Of a stretch of DNA of 64,000 bases, positions 14,690-28,508 are shown in pieces. This DNA is from Octopus vulgaris (lineage: Eukaryota): positions 43,710,001 through 43,774,000 of the forward strand of contig OX597822.1 in NCBI GenBank assembly GCA_951406725.2, in the 5' to 3' direction. The position numbers and the translations under genes were made by a program. Below the pieces are notes generated by a model that saw only the letters and a list, made by a program, of their open reading frames with translations, made no database searches and had not been told where the DNA came from. Position 1 is the stretch's first letter. Every line of letters begins with the position of its first letter.

Positions 14690-15032
14690 TATGATTGCTC
14701 ACGTTCCCAACCTCCCATTTCATAAGTTTTATAAGGCACGTGCTCATGATAAGTCTAAATTGGGCACACGTACGAGAAGAAAACAGTCGGTTAGTATTTA
14801 TATGCATATATACACGCGTGTCTGTCTATGTATGTATGTATGTATGTATGTATGTATGTATGTATGTATGTATGTATGTATGTGTGTGTATGTATGTATG
14901 TATTTATGTATGTATGTATGTATGTGTGTATGTGTATCTATGTATGCATGTATGTATGTGTGTATGCATGCATGTATGTTTGTATGTATGCATCTATCCA
15001 TCTATCTATCTATCCATATATCTATCTATCTA

Positions 15033-15064
<32 letters not shown>

Positions 15065-15081
15065 ATCTCTCCTCTCTCTTG

Positions 15082-15147
<66 letters not shown>

Positions 15148-15338
15148 GTATGTGTGTCTGTGAGTGTATGATTAGGCTCATATGTAAGTATACACTTAAA
15201 GAATTCACAAGAAAATGCACTTGCTTATACATACAGAGAAAAGCGTGCATATATATATATACATACAGACAGGCAGACAGACATGAATATGTACATATAT
15301 ATATATATATATGTACACACACACACACACACACACAC

Positions 15339-15384
<46 letters not shown>

Positions 15385-15745
15385 TTATGTATGTATAACT
15401 ATGTGTGCATATGTATATAAGAATATACTTCTCCGATTGTGTATGTGTGTGCATATATATTTATATATAGATAGATACACACGCATCTATATATGCATAT
15501 GCATATATATATATAGCTATGTATATAGTCATATATATATATATATATATACATATATACATATACATGTATATATATGCAAATATATTCATATATATGA
15601 ATATATATATAAATATATACATATATATATATGTATATATATGTATATACATATGTATGTGTGTGTGTGTGTGTGTAGATATATGTGCACTGAAGCAAAT
15701 ATATTTACCATGTGATAGATATATACATGTATATGTATGCATCTA

Positions 15746-15787
<42 letters not shown>

Positions 15788-16111
15788 GAACACATATTTG
15801 TATAGACACGTGTACCAGATTTCAATCTCGTGTGTATTAGCGGGGAAGAATTTGTTTTCTCAGAACAATCCCGAAACATTGCGGTTTATCGAAGCTTTCA
15901 CATATTGATTGATTTCAATCGGAAATTCCATACAGTCTTATTCGATTATGGATCTCATGGAAATTTATCGATCTGAATTTCTCTATTTGATGAGTAATTT
16001 ACTAAAATATACACTTTTTGTAACAATGGAACAAATTGCTGTTTTATTCCCCCCTACCGCTTCGCTTTGGATATATTAGTACTTATATGTGTACGTTTCT
16101 CTAATTGCATA

Positions 16112-16148
<37 letters not shown>

Positions 16149-16393
16149 ATACACACTCACACACACTCACACACACATATGTAAACATATGTATATATAT
16201 ATATGATATATACACACATATATCTTCGTATAAATATATATATATGAACGTATATATTCATATATATATATATATACACATCTATATATACACAAATAAA
16301 TAAACACATACACACACACATATACATATATGTATGCATATATATGTATATACATATGTATATATATCTAATATATATACGAATATTTATATA

Positions 16394-18062
16394 CTAGCAG
16401 TATCGCCCGGCGTTGCTTGGGTTTGTTTCGACCCGCTGGAATTGTAATTTTGAAAAGTAAAAATTTTGTGAACATTTTTCTGGTCGAAATACACCGAAAA
16501 GTGGCGACACAGCAGTGAAAAAATCGTAAAAAATAGGGATTTTCATAGAAAAAAGCATCTTTTTGATGTAAATAATTTTTGGTGTTAACATGGTCCAATT
16601 TGAATTTTATGTTCTACGGAAGGAAGAGCAACCCTTCTTCTACCATACTCTCAATTTTGGTCAACTTGCGCCGCAGGGTCTCGGAGGAGATAGTGTTAGT
16701 TGAAGGTTACCATTCTAGGTGCCTGAGTAACAACCTCGCGGATTTACAGATAAATGAATTAATTACTATTTTACAGAATAAAATTAAACAATTCTTGAAA
16801 ATTAATTAATATTAATATTTTTTGAACAAAGTAAATAATTTTTAAAACTTAAATAATAATTTTTTTTACACAAACGCGAACGGGGAAAAGGGGGTGGCGA
16901 ATTCGATTTACATACCTAAATTCTTTCTTTTTCATGACATTGTAGCAAAATAGTAGTGAATTATATAAATACCAGCAGTACATTTTTTTTTCTGGGGTAT
17001 TTTTTTTCAACCTCGTCACATATTTGCCCCTTTCAATTTAAACAAAGTCTTAATTAAGCAATTACGGCAGCTTAGCAATGGTTTCAATACAGGCGTGACA
17101 TGTGTATCTCAATTGTTCAAAACCCTTCGAATTTTTTCGCACGTGATGATATCATAGTGAAAACTTTCAATTACGCGCGCTTAGAAGTACGCTCGCAAAT
17201 TAATACTACCAAAATTTTGAAGTTCGCGCTCCGCTTGTGTGTGTGTGTGTGCGTGCTTTAGGTGTAGGTAGGTATGTGTTTTTGTGTGTGTGTGTCACTG
17301 AAGCCATACATACATATATACATACATAACCTCTCTCTCTCTCTTTTCTCTCTCAGTTACTCACTACAAAAAGTGAATAAAAAAAGTTCAGTTATTTCTG
17401 TCTTTCACTCTGTCTGTCTCTTTACACGCACTAACAAAAGCACTTCACTTACACACCACACTTTCTGTGTCGCACAACCCATCAAACACACACACACACA
17501 CACACACACACTCACGCACGCACACATGTACATCAATGCTTTCGGAGTGAAATGTTAAAATATTGAGTTTTCTCGAATTTTGTCTTAATTGGGGGTGAAA
17601 TTGAAAGAAATATATTATGGCATGACCGAATGGAGTACTTTGAAAAATCTTAGGTAAACTCTAATTGAAGAAATTGTGTGAGGAGTAAATCGTTATGTAT
17701 TTATTTGTTTCTGTTGGCTGTGTTTTTTTATTTTTTGAGTAGTGGTTTAAATACTTTCAGTTTAGTCTTCCTCAAATCACTCTGTCGCTATTTACTTTCA
17801 TTTTATTCGTTGCACACTGTGTGTGTGCGTGTGCGTGTGGTGTAAACCACATTAAGAAAAGCATTTGACATACACACTAGAATGTGAGTTTTCTGTAAAT
17901 TTTGCTTAATTGGAGTTTAAATTTTAAAAACTGGACCTGGCATGACCCGATGCATTCTACTCTTAAAAATGCTAGGTAAATTGTAATTGAAGAAATCCTA
18001 TATTGTAGATTTCTATAAGTTACAAAGGGAGGCAGATAAAATCTGCCTTTTATAATAAGAGA
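16394..18062 (-). mobile_element. Non-autonomous Helitron (about 1.67 kb)
   Basis: The 3' terminus ctagcagtatcgcccggcgttgcttggg is nearly identical to the one at 919. The minus-strand 5' end is TCTCTTATTATAAAA followed by the ggcagat/atctgcc hairpin. Confidence 0.7.
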
Positions 18063-18237
18063 TATACATATATATCTATGTATATGTATGTGTTTGTGTG
18101 TTATGCATATATATATATATGTATGTATATATTTAGTCACACTATAATTATTTTTATGTTTCTATATAGATACATACATACATATATATATGTATGTGTG
18201 TGTGTATTTGTGCGTGTGTATGTGTGAGCGCGTGCTG

Positions 18238-18275
<38 letters not shown>

Positions 18276-18785
18276 GGAGGGAGAGAGAGGGAGAGAGAGT
18301 GTATGTGAGGTACCGAGGAAGAGAGAGAGAAAGAGTGACATCTATACATTCATTCGGTTATTAGATCATGTGGTGTGGTCATGTTTACCGTCAGAAATTC
18401 TTCACTGACTCTTAGATTACGAAAAGATTTGGATTTCTTCCGTAACCTCTGCATTTAGTGGTTGATATTTTCAAGTCCCGAAACACAACATGCAACAATG
18501 ACTCATATTTTGTCATCCTTTTCGTTCACTTGGTCTTGTCATGAGACTGTAAATATGATAGCGTGCTTCTTTGAGAACTTCGATAAAATAAATCGGTCTC
18601 GCTACATATTTTATTGGTCTCATTTACGGAACTGCTCGACTGGTGTGACAAGCCAACATCTTAAAGAAACTTAGCAGTGGCGAAAGGAGAAGCATAAATA
18701 TAAACACACACATACACATATGTGTGTCCATTTTCTTCATTTCCTTTTTTTATATATCACAACTCGTGTTCCACATCTCCTTTTT

Positions 18786-18823
<38 letters not shown>

Positions 18824-19096
18824 TATACTATATTACATTATAATATAATTTGTTAGATTGTCAACTGTTTTTGTCTAATTTATTGTTTATATATATGTAC
18901 AAATTGAAATTGGAAACTACACGTGGAAATGTAAGGGGAAGGTAAGAAGAAAAATAGATGAAAATGCACATTGGAAATCAAAAGAAGTAAAGGCTTTTTA
19001 TGAAAAGTAACGATAGATATACATAATTAGATGAACTGAGGTAGGAATAAAATTAATAAAAGTCATTATTGTGAATTGTTAAAGATATTCAAAAGC

Positions 19097-19147
19097 AAAA
19101 AATATGGAACGCTTCACGAATTTGCGTGACATCCTTGCGCAGGGGTC

Positions 19148-19187
<40 letters not shown>

Positions 19188-19204
19188 AGTGCCGAAGCAA
19201 GTAC
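19097..19204 (-). pseudogene. U6: Full-length U6 snRNA copy, probable retro-pseudogene
   Basis: Reverse complement reads GTACTTGCTTCGGCACTACATATACTAAAATTGGAACGATACAGAGAAGATTAGCATGACCCCTGCGCAAGGATGTCACGCAAATTCGTGAAGCGTTCCATATTTTTT. The ACAGAGA box and AGC triad are intact, there are substitutions around the ISL, and PLE sequence occupies the place of an upstream promoter. Confidence 0.93.
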
Positions 19205-19222
19205 TTGCTTCGGAAGTACATA

Positions 19223-20020
19223 GACCGGTTCGTGGAACACCTCCCATACATCCGACTCAGGAATGACACCCCGGTCTCGCGCCATTTCCGCTCTACCAGT
19301 CACTCTTTGCGACACCTGTCCGTGTTCGGATTGTCGTTGCAAAGAGCCCATCTGGACTCCCTTATGCGCCGTGAACAGGGATTAATCTTCTCTCTCCGCT
19401 ACTTTGCGCCACATGGGCTCAACTCTCCTCCCCTCTTCATCTAACCTCCTACCCTCGCCTCTCTCCCCCGAACACCTACTTCCTCCCACTCACCTCTCCG
19501 CTCTTACTCCGATTCCTATTTTTCTTCACTCCTATACACTTTCTCTCTTCTCTTCCCTCCTACCCAATTTCTTCTTCCCCTTCATCGTCACCCATCCCAC
19601 GTTACCCCACCCACCCATACACATTCCAACCAGACCTTCCCTATCCGTCCCATCCCACCCCACCCCACCCCCCTTACACCCACTCACACATAGCCCATCT
19701 CTAACACCATCCTCTGTCTATCCACATACCCCACCCCTACCCCACCCTCAGCTTAACCCACGCCCCACCTTTGCTTTCCCCACTGTCACCTACCCCATCT
19801 CCCAACACCATAACACCTCACCACACACCACTACACCTTACACCACCATACCACACAAAACATCACATCACAACACACGACCATGCACACACCAGCACTG
19901 ACCACTTCCCAAACCCACATTTTCACACCTACACATACACACACACACACACGTAAGGTTACCAGTCCTCTTCCACACACACATACAAACTCTGTTATAC
20001 GCACGCATGCGCACCTTCAT
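19223..20020 (+). mobile_element. 5'-truncated PLE fragment (GIY-YIG C-terminus plus C-rich 3' UTR)
   Basis: Encodes [25 protein letters not shown]...REQGLIFSLRYFAPHGLNSPPLFI*, homologous to 21308-21529. Confidence 0.85.
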
Positions 20021-20028
20021 ATATATAT

Positions 20029-20063
<35 letters not shown>

Positions 20064-20124
20064 CACCCACACACATATACAAATACAAACACACCCACAC
20101 ACACATATATATATATATGTATAT

Positions 20125-20164
<40 letters not shown>

Positions 20165-20287
20165 GTTTATATATATAAATACACATATATCTATATGTAT
20201 ATATGTATGTACATATCTGCATATATGTATGTATATATATGTATATATATATATGAATATATATATGTATATATATAAATGTATATG

Positions 20288-20330
<43 letters not shown>

Positions 20331-20341
20331 GTCTGTCTTTC

Positions 20342-21529
20342 TACCATCAGGTCTCGGGAGTGGCCATGGGAACGCGAATGGGCCCCAACTATGCGAACCT
20401 GTTCGTTGGCTATGTTGAGGCCCGAATATTCTCTAATTTCACTGGTCCCACTCCTGAACTATATGGTCGTTATATTGACGACATTATCGGTGCCACCTCA
20501 CTCTCCCGCGAACATCTAGATTCCTTCCTCTCTTTCGTCCAATCTTTCCATCCAGCCCTCCACTTCACTTCCACTATCTCCAACACCTCTGTCTCCTTCC
20601 TCGACATTTCGGTTAGCATTCTTCACTCCACTCTTACCACCTCCATTCACTACAAACACACAGACTCACACTCCTACCTCAACTTCTCTTCCTCCCACCC
20701 AGAACACACCAAGCTTTCCATCCCCTATTCCCAATTCCTCCGTCTACGTAGGCTCTGTAGTGACGACCATGACTTTGAGACTCAGTCTCAACGTATGGCT
20801 CACCACTTCACCCTACGTGGATACCCCCTCACCACTATCCACACCGCCCTTGCCAGAGCACGGTCCATGGACCGTGTATCTGCTCTCTCTCCCCGAACCC
20901 GCCCTGTAGTCTCCCGCCTCCCTTTTCCCCTCACTTACCACCCCACGACCCTACGTCTCCAACGCACCATTCTTCGAGCTTTCCGTCATCTCCAGTCCGA
21001 CCCGTCCACTTCACACCTCTTCCCTAACCGACCCCTCCCCTCTTTCAAACGAGCCCACAACCTTCGAGACCTTTTGGTCCATAGCTCCTTCCCTGACCCT
21101 ACCTCCCAACCCGGCTCGTTCCCCTGCTCCCGCCCACGTTGCCGCACTTGCCCTTACCTCTCCAACACCACCCGCCTCACTAGCACCCACCATCGACCCT
21201 ATCCCATCATCCACTCCTTCACCTGCACCTCCAGCAATATTATCTATTGCATCTCTTGCTCCCTCTGCAATTCCTTGTACATCGGACAAACGGGACGCCG
21301 CTTGGCTGACCGGTTCGCGGAACACCTTCGTGACATCCACCTTGCGAACGACACACCGGTCTCACGCCATTTCCGCTCCACCGGTCACTTCTTGCAACAC
21401 CTATCTGTGTTCGGTTTGTCCTTACACAGAGGCCATCCGGATTCCCGTTTGCGCCGTGAACAGGAATTAATCTTCTCTCTTCGCTCTTATACGCCATTTG
21501 GTCTCAACTCTCCTCCCCTCCTCATCTAA
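20342..21529 (+). CDS. Penelope-like element ORF, 5'-truncated: RT C-terminal half, thumb, Cys-rich linker and GIY-YIG endonuclease (Neptune-like)
   Basis: [16 protein letters not shown] and YGRYIDD (RT core), [45 protein letters not shown] linker and [26 protein letters not shown]. The frame is uninterrupted. The track's N-terminal MYMYVY... is microsatellite read-through. Confidence 0.93.
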   Translation, partial: YHQVSGVAMGTRMGPNYANLFVGYVEARIFSNFTGPTPELYGRYIDDIIGATSLSREHLDSFLSFVQSFHPALHFTSTISNTSVSFLDISVSILHSTLTTSIHYKHTDSHSYLNFSSSHPEHTKLSIPYSQFLRLRRLCSDDHDFETQSQRMAHHFTLRGYPLTTIHTALARARSMDRVSALSPRTRPVVSRLPFPLTYHPTTLRLQRTILRAFRHLQSDPSTSHLFPNRPLPSFKRAHNLRDLLVHSSFPDPTSQPGSFPCSRPRCRTCPYLSNTTRLTSTHHRPYPIIHSFTCTSSNIIYCISCSLCNSLYIGQTGRRLADRFAEHLRDIHLANDTPVSRHFRSTGHFLQHLSVFGLSLHRGHPDSRLRREQELIFSLRSYTPFGLNSPPLLI

Positions 21530-22098
21530 CCCCCCTCTCCCCCTCCTCACCTATCCTTTCTCCCCCCGACCCCTACTTCTTCAGTCCTTCATCCTTTCAC
21601 CCCTACTCCCCTTCTCTTCTTCCCTCTTTCTCCCTCCCTTTCCCCTTCCCTCTGCTCCCTCACTCCCTCTCTCCCCTTCTCTCTCCCCCTCTCCCTCTTT
21701 CCTCCTTCATCCCCCTCATCCCCTTCCTTCTCCCCCATCCTCTCCTCCCCCCTTCTCCCCCCCTCTTCTTCCCCTCCCCCTTCTCTCCCCCCTCTTCTCC
21801 CCCTCCCCTCTTCTCCTCACTACACCACATGACTTTACACATCACATCACATATGATGTGCCATACTAATACACACACCAACTAATACATACTAATACGT
21901 ACTAATACATACTAGTACATACTAATACTTACACCAACCCTATACATACACACGTCCAGACCCGCATACGCACTTATATACTCTCTCACACACACACACA
22001 GACACCTATACATACCAATACGTACTAATACATACTAATACATACACCAACCCCATACATACGCACGTCCAGACCAATCTTACGCACTAATACTCTCT

Positions 22099-22131
<33 letters not shown>

Positions 22132-22367
22132 CCTTATACATACTAATACATACACCAACCCTATACATACACACATCCAGACCCCTCCCACGCACTTTTA
22201 GCTGGTCCCTCAACCCTTTTATCAACCCTATTATCTCCCCTTATTTCGCTCTCGCGTCTCATGTTTGATCTTTGACCTCTGGCCGAAATCAGATCGCCAT
22301 GTTGATTCGTTAGCTACTGCACGCATTTTTTTCTCTCCTTCTTTCTGTGTTTTTCTCTCTCTGTGTA

Positions 22368-22405
22368 TCTTTCTGTTGAAGAGCGTAGGCTCGAAACGTT
22401 AAAGA
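22368..22405 (+). ncRNA. Minimal type I hammerhead-like motif in the PLE 3' end (CUGUUGA variant)
   Basis: TCTTT-CTGTTGA-A-GAGC gtag GCTC-GAAACGTT-AAAGA. Stem I TCTTT/AAAGA, 4-bp stem II, palindromic AACGTT stem III. Confidence 0.7.
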
Positions 22406-23199
22406 CTTGTTTTATTTATATTTCCTGAGCGCCATACTAATACAATTGTTCGTTTGTTTTCCACCTGCCTTCGTCTTTTGTTTATTTTCATAAAGCCTCC
22501 CGTTATATATATATATATACATCTTTGGCAGGGCACAAATGTATCATTCTTTAACAATAATAGCAATAAATTCATTGACAGTGACTTCGAACTTTCCAGT
22601 GATGGCTTAGCTTGCTGAAACACCAGAGTCACTGTCAATAACATTCCTGCAAAAGAATAATAAATTTGGACTCTATAAAAGTATAAGATAAACCATCACA
22701 TTAATGTAAAATTGATTTTATTAGAGCTGAACATGAAAGCCACACTTTGGTAGAATTCTGGTCTTAATGTCGCCATCACACATACACTCACTAATAGAGC
22801 GGGCATGGAACGATCTTGAATGGAAACACATATAAACAAATGTGAACCTTATCATTCACCATTAACCCTATATATCTAGTTGAATTGTATTATAAGATAA
22901 ACGGAACTATTTCTTCTTAATTGTAGATAGGAGACGTTCGACTGTCCGTTTCCCCACCCTACCATACCGACTAAGCGGTTTCAAGACCATAAATGTTTAA
23001 TAAACCCTATCCACATATGACAGTGTGATGTCATCCGCTATAAAACCAACTTTTTATTTGTTTTGATTTGGCAAACTCAATCTACGACCATCGATGATCG
23101 CTGAATCAGAAAATATGCGCACACAATGGAGTTTAAATGCTTTTCAATGTCATTAATACTGTAGTTCATCTATTCATTTGAAGAAAACAGTTTTAATAA

Positions 23200-23496
23200 T
23201 CAAGCAGTAATAAATCTCTGAACGAGATATAAACAGTAACTGCACGACAATGTGAGGTATGCTTGCCATCTCAATATGGCTAACCACTAAGGGTGGGTGT
23301 TACTGTAGCTTGTAGCTCCAGGAGAACATCATCTCCAGCTGGATTTAGGCACACTTTCTATGCTCTTTGCAAATACCATAAGGGCACAGAAAGTGTGCCT
23401 AAAGCCAGCTGGAGACGATGTTCTCCTGGGGCTACAAGCTACAGTAACACCCAACTTTAGTGGTTAGCCATATTGAGATGGCAAGTATACCTCACA
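23200..23496. mobile_element. Fold-back insertion of the 354-bp retrozyme-like family
   Basis: Inverted arms 23251-about 23375 and about 23380-23496. The sequence matches the tandem units at 49590-50170. Confidence 0.85.
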
Positions 23497-23596
23497 GTTT
23501 TAATAATGATATAATGTTAATGAATTGGGAAATCCGTTGGAAATAGGTAAAAGGAAGTGACACATATCTAGCGTTTTCTTTTTTATATTTATGTCA

Positions 23597-24012
<416 letters not shown>

Positions 24013-24047
24013 AATGAATATATATATATATATGTGTGTGTGTGGGT

Positions 24048-24330
24048 GGAAGTACATGGTCTAGTGGTTAGAGCAGCGCACTCGCGGTCGAAGGATCGCG
24101 CCTTCGAATGCCAGACCGAGTGATATGTCTGTATATGATCGAAACACCTTAAGATCCACGCGGCTCCGGCAGAAGCTAATGGCGAACTTCTGCTGACTGT
24201 TTCGTCACAACTTTCATTCTTTCCTCCTGCATCTAGTAGCTCACCTGCGACGGGCCGGGTGGGGAACGTATACGCCAATGAAACCGGCCATTATGAGCCA
24301 GGCATGGCTCGAGAAAGAACAAACAACAAC
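24048..24330 (+). mobile_element. tRNA-derived SINE, different family
   Basis: A-box TGGTCTAGTGG, B-box-like CTTCGAATGCC, and a (CAA)n-like tail. Confidence 0.65.
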
Positions 24331-24357
24331 GGCAATATATATATGTATAAATATATG

Positions 24358-24423
<66 letters not shown>

Positions 24424-24559
24424 TATATGTATGTATGCATCTATGCATGAAAGTATGGTCAAAAGTGTTAGACTCGCGGAAATGTGGCATAATAAAGGTA
24501 GCTGATATCAGAAAGAGATAATCACACGGAATGTGAGAGGCAGACAGACAGGGACGTCT

Positions 24560-25560
24560 TCTATATAAATAAAAAAAAGTTTATATGTTCGTGTATGCGT
24601 GTGTGCACGTGTCTTTCTTATGCATTCGAAAACTGAGTTGCCGGTTTTGACGTATGGGGTATGAAAAGATTCAGTAATCTTACCACTACCGATTAAACTT
24701 GATTTGCATTACAAAACTTTTACATTATAATCTTTTCTGTAAGTCAACTCTCGTAAACATTTTATACCACGATGACAACGACGACGATGTCAAATTTTCT
24801 ATATGAGTGTGTAACTTAAAAGACATCTATTTCTCTATATGTTATGAAGAAATACATGCGCGCACACACACACATATATACCCCCCCCACACACGTCCAT
24901 TCTATATGTACGTACATACATCATTCACTTTCTTCTCTCTTTCACTTTCTTCTCTCTTTCACTTTCTTCTCTCTTTTACATTCTTCTCTCTTTCACTTTC
25001 TTCCTTTGCTTCAAAGCACATGTGGTGGTTTTACTTTCTCTTCTCTTTCAATATCTGCTCTCTTTAAAGCATAAAGAAATAATAAAAATTCTTACAGAAA
25101 TTAAGGAATACATTCGAAAAGTGAGTTGCCGATTTTGACGTATGGGGTATCAAAAATTTCAGTAATCTTTCGGCTAACAAATAAACTATATTTTAATTTA
25201 CATATTTGTATTGAAAAAACTTAACATTATAATCTTTCTATAATCCAACTATTCTAAATGGAATTGTATCCCACGACGACGTGTGTACCTTAAGAGACAT
25301 CTATTTCTCTGTATGTTACGAGGAAATACAGTCACTCATTTTTTCTCACTTGCACATGCACACATACACACAAAAAGATATATGAATACACACACACACG
25401 TCCATTTCATATTCACGCACATACATCTTTCACTTTTTCCTTTCTTTCACTTTCTGCTCTCACATCAAAGCAAATGTCACCTTTTTACTTTCTCCTTTCT
25501 TTCAATTTCTGTTCTTCCCTGTAATTCGTGTTTTTTTCTATTCTGTAATTCGTGTTTGTG
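24560..25560 (+). mobile_element. Helitron-like element with internal duplication
   Basis: Starts TCTATATAAATAAAA. The block cattcgaaaa.tgagttgcc..ttttgacgtatggggtat occurs at about 24623 and 25111. I did not find a 3' CTAG end. Confidence 0.4.
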
Positions 25561-26442
25561 ATGAGTGTATTTAAAAACATGGTTTGCGATATAAATTGAA
25601 AACGAAATTCCCGCAGAAATTCTATCCTTTAGCTGTTGCTTCTACCATGTCCGAGGTGACATTTTCGCCCCGCCTTCCATTTGATTTTTTTTCATAAATT
25701 TCTTCCGATTTCAATACAAGAGATTAGGGTTTCGCCCCGAAATACGTTATCAGTATTTTAATTTTCTCCCCACCCCCAAACCAATTTTTTCATTTTCTAC
25801 TTTTTTTCGAATTTTTTTTCTTGGAAATCTATGGAGGAAAAAACAGAGAGTACGAATCTAAGAATTTTCTTCTTTCTTTTTTCTTAAAGAATCTCTAAAA
25901 TCCCATTCCCAAACATCCACTCATCACCTCACCACTTTCAAAAAGCTACAAACTCACAATGTTTCACTTTTATCCTTTTGGATTTCCTGCCCACCACGCA
26001 GTCGATTTTCTGTTCATTATGCGGTATTTTCCAACTAATTGTTGTCGCTGATATACCGATATACAAACATCAAATTACGATACCACGTGACCTTCCTAGA
26101 CTAATCGCAGCTCACCTCGCGGTAATAAAAATCTAATTCTATTCATTCAAATTAAAAATAGCTGAAGACTAGCATTACGCTTGAAACCCGGAGTACCAAC
26201 GAATTTGAATCAAACTGTTTTGATCCACACACACACACACAAATATATATGTATGTATGTGTGTAAATACATATACACACACATGAAGTGGTCTATATAT
26301 GCAATAAAGACGACTGATTTCCAGCACATTGCGATAACATCGCATGTCTTATTAAGATGTGTTTATTAAGAGTGAATTTTGCATCTGTTTACGAAAGTGC
26401 GGCTACAAAGAATAACACAGCGCAGTAAATACTTTTCTACAA

Positions 26443-26495
<53 letters not shown>

Positions 26496-26834
26496 TTATA
26501 TGTGTGTATGTGTTTGCATGACAGTAAACACAACATCGAATTTGCAAAGTAGAAAAACAAATAAGCATAATAAACGATAAAAAAAGTACGAGAGTTTGTT
26601 ATATGAAAGAAATGAGGAATTTTATGTGTATTTCTTCCCTGATGGCTTTTATTTGTTTATTTATTTATTTTTTTGTTTGTTTCTTTGCTTGTTTGTTTAG
26701 ATTTGGATTTCCTTGGAAAAAACCTTTCAATTTCTGATATACTTCTCAGGAATTTATTGAATTAACCTAAAACTGAAAAACTTGAATAAAAAATTCCTTT
26801 CTTGAATTCCTTTTGGCTATTAGACATACGAAGG

Positions 26835-26870
<36 letters not shown>

Positions 26871-26875
26871 ACACT

Positions 26876-26907
<32 letters not shown>

Positions 26908-27008
26908 CGTATAAACACATGCAAATGTACATCATCCGTATACACACATGTACCCATGTACATAAACACCTAAGCACGCCTATATACATATGTAAATATG
27001 TGTATATG

Positions 27009-27055
<47 letters not shown>

Positions 27056-27892
27056 ACGCTCACATATACAGGTATATATATGTACCTACATGAATGCCTT
27101 GTTACGTTTGTAACTATATTAAATTAGCCCACAAGTTTAAAACGAAAACAGTTTTTAGTTCTATTTTAATTTCCTTTAAACATGCTTGCAGATGTATGTA
27201 TGTAAGTGTGGTATGTATGTATGTATGTATGTAAGCATGTATGTATGTATGTATGTATTTATATCGAACCGCAGAAGCATGCATAACTACATTCATATAT
27301 TCATGTACACGTGTGTGTGTGTGTGCGTAGTATGTGTGTATGTGTTTGTATATGTTTGTATGGGTATGTATATATACGAATGCATAAACATTTAAACGTA
27401 TATATATATTCATATATATATATATGTATATATATATATGTATATATATATATGATATATATATATGAATATGTGTGTGTACGTGCGAGTGTGTGTTGTG
27501 TATGTATTTGTGTATATATGTGTATGTGCTTCTGTAATGTGTGTCCCTGTTTTCCTGACATCTGTTCGTGTGTAATATTCCACGCGTAGTCATGCTGTAA
27601 TATTAAATAATACAACATAATTTTCGTATTATTAAATTATTAAAACCTTTTCTTTTTAATCTCTGTTTTTTTTTTTGCAGAATTTTCTTCCTTTTGAAGT
27701 ATTTAAAGTTTTCTATTGAGTTCTTTTGGACTTGTGCATAATAGTATGTTTGTCTCTTGAATTTGTTTCCCTCAGAAAGATCTGGTTCCTCTGAGTTTGC
27801 TGCGCGTTTTCTATTTGATTTACGCATGTCGCCCAGGTTTACACTGTGAAAAACAATTAAGTTCTGATTATTATTTCTTCTTTTTTTTTTAA

Positions 27893-28508
27893 CTTTTACT
27901 TGTTTCAGTCATTTGACTGCGGCCGTGCTGGAGCACCACCTTTAGTCCAACCTATCGACTCCAGGACTTATTCTTTGTAAGCCAAGTACTTAGTCTATCG
28001 GTCTCTTTTGCCGAGCAGCTTTGTTTAGAGTACGTAAATACATCAAAATCGCTCGCCAAGCGATGGCGGTGGGGACAAATACAGACACACACACACATAT
28101 ACACACACACACACGGACATACACATATATGCATATATACATACGTATATGTTCATACTTACATCTTCTATATGTATATATATGTATGCATATGTGTCCA
28201 CAAGACGTCACAAAACGTGTACAACAACAAATACGAAGTACGAGTACATGGAATATGAAATATTTTTTCGGACAACGAAAGACGCAAATGGAAAACAAGA
28301 CAAACAACACTAAAAGCTATACTTCATCATTTGTTGGCTGTTTCTCTACTTTTGTATTTCGAGCACCACGGACTTCTTTCAGTCTACCAAATCCACTGAT
28401 AAATAATCCGAGGCTATAGAAGAAGACACTTGCCCAAGGTGACACACAGTGGAACTGAACCTGGAACTATCTGGTTGGGAAGCAAGCTTCTTTCCACACA
28501 ACCATTCC
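27893..28508 (-). mobile_element. Family A SINE interrupted by about 250 bp of other sequence
   Basis: Tail at 27893-28100 and head at about 28370-28508. Confidence 0.75.

Larger units (their letters stand above)
20340..22504 (+). mobile_element. Penelope-like retroelement insertion flanked by (TA)n
   Basis: ORF above, pyrimidine-rich 3' UTR, HHR-like motif at 22368-22405, and an end at aaagcctcccgt followed by (TA)n. Confidence 0.88.

Noticed and set aside
15984-16012. tttgatga-gta att tac-taaaa as a decayed hammerhead
   Set aside because: No GAAA and no stem I or III. It is too weak in AT-rich sequence.
19097-19204. Functional U6 gene
   Set aside because: The upstream region where the Pol III type 3 promoter (PSE/TATA) should be is occupied by a fold-back and PLE sequence, and there are substitutions in the 5' stem and ISL region.
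20279-20341. Start of the 416-aa ORF as the true N-terminus
   Set aside because: It is (TA)n read-through. PLE similarity starts at about [10 protein letters not shown] and the RT is 5'-truncated.
24048-24125. tRNA gene
   Set aside because: A and B boxes are present, but there is no intact cloverleaf and the sequence continues into a SINE body.
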